Positions 59,627-64,000 of a stretch of DNA of 64,000 nucleotides are shown here, piece after piece (positions within the stretch are counted from its first letter, which is position 1; each line of letters begins with the position of its first letter). The translations under genes were made by a program, and so were the position numbers. The notes under the pieces were generated by a model, which was not told the origin of the DNA, ran no database searches, and saw only the letters and a list, made by a program, of their open reading frames with translations. Source of the stretch: Toensbergia leucococca. Taxonomy: Eukaryota. The stretch spans positions 62,001 to 126,000 of the forward strand of contig JALDZS010000014.1 of the NCBI GenBank assembly GCA_022813965.1, read 5' to 3'.

Positions 59627-62600
59627 GTAGTCTTCCTCATCTTTGCTCGCCTAGGTTATCTCTCACGTTGGCTGCTAAGGAGAGGGCGACAGGAGGTAGT
59701 GCTGAAGGCGTATGGTACTCAGGGAATTCATTATTGTCTTCGGTCGAGGCAATTGGCTCTGTACGGGTTGATTCCCACCGGCAGAGATTGGGTAGTGCTA
59801 GGCCAGTTTCTCGTGGCGTGTCATGTTCTCCCCTTTTACTAATTTAGGATCTCGATCTCCTAGGCCGGAGATCTTTGAAGACGAGAGATATTTGAGGCAG
59901 GTAGGCCTCGTGAAAATTAGAGAAGCTGAAGTTGTGACACATCTTCACACGATCTTCGACTTCATCTAGGTGTCTTGGATATATCCAGATGCTTCTGCAA
60001 CTAATCCTGTATCTTACGGTAATTTAATAGAATGCTCCTTTGTGAGACTATACCTAGCAAACTGATAGATAGCCCTGGACTGATGAAGAAGTGTAAAAAT
60101 AAGAAAATGGAGCAGAAGGTAGTACGTACAACAATGCAGCGGAATCATTCCACGATTCCGCGATGATCCTCTCACCGCCTTTGGCTAGTGCCGGCAGAAA
60201 AGCCCACATATAATTAGACTCACTTCTCACTTTACTATCCTCCTTCAAGTACCGTCCCCACCATCGCTGCGTTTCTTTGCTCCACAAACAGATACATGCC
60301 TCCAAGGCATATGTCACCTACATAAAGCAAATGAGAAATTCGGAGTAATCTTCAACCCTTACACACACCTAGTCTCCGGACAAAGTGAAAGTGACTGCCC
60401 GTGAGGGCCCGGCGCGTTTCGCGTCTGCAATTGGCATCAGAAAAGCAGATCCCCTTCCTCGTATCTTCTTTTTCCTGCTTCGGCGGAGGGAGGAGGATAA
60501 GGGAGGAGGATCTATGGGAGGGCCGTTGCGAAGATTGTGTGTATCCTTTGACATCTCCTTGCTTTCGGGCGAGAGATGGATGGGGGTACGACACTTTAGT
60601 GCAATACGCAGCGCGCTATTTGTCTTTCGTATTGACTCTTTCTCCTTTCTTCCTCCCAGATTGGAAGGAGAGGAGTCAATGCAGGGGATGGGTGGTGCAA
60701 TTCGATTCCGATTACTCTGGTGGGGACGGTGCTTCAATTTTTTTCTATCCCTAGGTGCGTAAACTGGCTACTTTGTAGGCCCAAGATTTGGGAAAATTGA
60801 AACGTTCATGGATACTGCTAATCACTCGAGGGCAAATGGGAATTCTAGGACTATGTTACGGCAATCAATGGAGATTGGTTTCGATCGAGGAATATGGTTT
60901 ATCAATGACCCCACGCGGGTCTGTAGCTCCAATCTTGGGGCTAGGATAAGGTACTTCGAACAGAGTTCTATGAACACTTGTCAACACAAACGCTCTTAAG
61001 TACTCGCATTCCAAGCTCGACGATAGACTCTTACGCCGCGAGTTCCATAATCACCTGGAAGGCTATCAACTATCTGAATCCCAACCACGGCCTCGAAATC
61101 TGGCAATAGGGTCTTTATGGAGTAATTCAGATTCTAAATTGCAATTCATACTTTTTAAGAATCTGCTGGCTTACCTTGGCAGGAGATACAAACTCTTGAT
61201 GCTCAATGTGTTCAAGTTTCCGAAAAGTCAAAGTAGTAGTGAGATGCTTACAGCGGGACCTTGGTACCCGTATTCCCTAAGCTTTGCATAGTAACAAGCT
61301 GAAGCTTGTTAGAGCAAAATTAGACTCGGGACATGTTTGCTACTTCACAATATAGCTCACGTGCGATTCAAAGAAACGGGCATGTATTTGAGCAGCTAGA
61401 TCTGTGATAAAGTTATGATATGGAGGCTTGGCTAATTTTCATCTTGGCCGAACTGGGAAATTGAGAACTGTTGATGTACCTCTTCGTTGCAAAATTCTGC
61501 GCTCCTCAAACTTTTATTGCCTGTACGAGCACTCGTATCCTTTTACCTGTCTCATGTCACGTGCCTGTCTTGTTTCCTGTTCTTTTTTTCCTAATAGATC
61601 CTCTCTCACATCTCTTGACATGGTTTTTTTGAAGTTAACAGCGGGCAACATCCTCTCCCATCGTGGTTTCGAGACCGTGAGTTGTATGGAAAGAAACGTA
61701 AATGAGATATATTGGTAACAGACTTTCTTGAACCTTATATCGGAAAGAATAGAAATAAATCATATAAGCGAGGAAGCCTGTGCTAAGCTCACACGACCTT
61801 TATAACCTCGATCCCTTCTGCCTCAGTTTCGTGTCTGAATCCCGAAGCAGAATCCCGACGTTGAAAACTGGACCAATGTAATCTCGATCTCCTCTGCCTT
61901 AACGTTGTGTCAGACCACCGAATAACCATACTATTCGATACTCTGCCTTCGTGAGATAAGAGTTCGAATTCGTTGACGTCTTTCGTACCAGCGCTCGTGG
62001 GAGCAGGTACAGGCCCAGTTCAAGTCACTTCGACCGACCGTCTATGGCTACGGTGAGCACTACGCCGTGCCGTAACGTCTCGGTGACTTGCCACAAAAGA
62101 CTCGGCACAAATACGCGTGTATCTTGTGGATGCTGGCGCTCGTAGGAGCAGGCATGGATGCAATGAACAGAGAAATTCCTAGATCAGATAGATTGTGCCA
62201 TCAGCGACTTCAATGTGCTGACGACTCTATCCGGGAAAAGAATGACCAAAACAAAATGTCATAACAGTTGGCAAAATCCCGTCGGGGCAGAATCCCGACG
62301 TTGAAAACCACGAGAGGCATGAGAGAGTCTCCGTGATAGTACAAAACTGGCATTGTTGTTCTAGGGCTTGTTTTCATGACTTGATATTTATTGAATTGGG
62401 ATGCAAGTTATTCTTTGGGGCCCCACATTGATGTTGGAAAGCAATGCACAGAGTGTAACGAGGGATACATGATGCGGACAAAAGAGGGTAAGAAACTATA
62501 CACACCTGCTTCTATGAATCTGATGTCTGACCGTGTCGAGCGATCCAGGTTATCATCCTCCGAGAACCTTCGTGAATCTACTTGGTCTTACAACATGTGT

Positions 62601-63310
62601 AAGGTATGAGCTTCTGAAGCATTTCTGTGTCTAACATCCCATGAAGAAGCCAGTGTATGATCGTGGATGAAGGTGCCAGACGGCGAGGAAACCAATTGGA
62701 GTGAGTGGTGCAGTGCGAATGGAACGGGATGGAAAAAGGTTCGTGATAATGGTCTTCAGCCAGCACGATTACGCTATTACATGCTTACCTTGTTTATCTT
62801 TGCAACAGGAAGGTGCTAGGCTTGAATACCACGGTAGGCGCTATCGTGGGCATTCCTTCCTGATATGGCGTGTCTGCACAACTCGGAGAGTAACGTGAGA
62901 AAGCCATATACAAATCAAAGAGGTAAGGAGTCTCGATTTTGCTCTACACTCATCAGCTACTGATACAGGATGCTATTCTCAGGTAATCTCGATTCATCTG
63001 ATAGTCCCTCCGGCATATTCGAGAGTATTGCCTGATCATAGCCCCTTCACGAAGAAAAGGCCAACGTAATCGGTCCTCTTATTCCCGCCTGGAATCGTTA
63101 TCCTTTTCTAGATCTCTCAACCCACAAGTACAACTCGGTAGCTTCTAAGTTTAAGTCGTGGTTCCGGGGCTAATCGATGGCCAGAGCTCCCCTTACCCTC
63201 TCATCCCCTCTACCTTCCTACAGCCAGAGTAAAATAATCCTAAGTAGTTCTACCGCCCTATCGTTGTGGTCGTTGGACTTCGAATCCATGAAGGAACCGA
63301 GTACTCAAGT

Positions 63311-63650
63311 CTTCAAGCCCTCACAGCTTCAAGCCCTCACAGCTTCAAGCCCTCACAGCTTCAAGCCCCCACAGTTCCAAGCCCTCACAGCTTCAAAACC
63401 AAAATCAAACTGTTCCTGTCCCAAAATCATACTATATCAAACCCAAAACAAAGCAGATCAGATCAAACCCAACACAAATTATTCTACGCACTCAGAATCT
63501 CTCGCTAGCTCTCTCAAAAGGTTTACTCACTCGTCTCAAACAAGCTCTGAAGCTGTGAGGGCTTGAAGTTGTGAGACTTTGAGGCTGTGAAAACTTGAGA
63601 GCTTGAGTATCCGAGGCTGTGAGAAACTGAGGCTGTGAGAATTTGGGAGC
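63311..63650. repeat. 16-bp minisatellite CTTCAAGCCCTCACAG (~5.4 copies, 63311-63396) with inverted, decaying copies from 63548
   Basis: Units at 63311, 63327, 63343, 63359, 63375; TGAAGCTGTGAGGGCTTGAAG at 63548-63568 is an exact reverse complement, followed by GAGGCTGTGA variants. Confidence 0.85.
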
Positions 63651-64000
63651 TCGAGGGCTCACATGAGCAAGTGCTTTATGTGGGCACGAGGGCTTCATGT
63701 GGGTACGAGGGCTTCATCAAGGATTTTGTAGAGGAAGAGAAAATATCCTATGGTGATAAAGGCAAGCCACTTGAAGTGGGGATGTAAAAATAAAGGCCAT
63801 TAGTCTTCGAAATGTCTATGAGCATTGAGGTCGGAAAGTTGTTAGTAGAGGGACTATGAGACTGGGGGGTGGGGATATTTTGATTTGAAGGGGATCTCTA
63901 ATAGGATGGATCTTGCTAATGCTTATAGGATGAAATTCTTTCTCTTGTTCGCGATTCAAGGCGGTGGCCCAAAAAAGTGAATATTCGAACGTTTCTCCGA

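Noticed and set aside
63311..63396. CRISPR-like array
   Set aside because: Contiguous units without spacers in a eukaryotic context

Overview
Eukaryotic, intron-containing DNA from a filamentous ascomycete (Pezizomycotina-type short GT-AG introns with CTRAC/CTAAY branch sites). Conserved genes in order: adenosine deaminase 3' end, ATG2, a large S/P-rich protein with a C-terminal membrane anchor, urea transporter DUR3, dynein light chain LC8 (7 small exons, essentially missed by the ORF track), MRD1 (with an intronic box C/D snoRNA), a TEA-domain AbaA-like factor, RMD8, Cu-ATPase CCC2, CSN7, GCN5, OST5, RAD1/Rec1 and RAX1. Accessory content: a fold-back pair of decayed pogo/DDE transposons (8.1-9.8 kb), a non-autonomous element with ~125-bp TIRs (21.7-22.4 kb), an ADP-ribosyltransferase/DUF3990-like frame broken by three in-frame TGA codons at likely Trp positions (24-25.4 kb), an island with a PsiD-like decarboxylase and a divergent F-box/NACHT-ankyrin NLR pair (41-50.4 kb), a candidate micro-exon gene for a ~21-aa GG-ending peptide head-to-head with CSN7, and an inverted 16-bp minisatellite near the right end. 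Gene models were spliced by hand and family names come from motif recognition; no searches were run.
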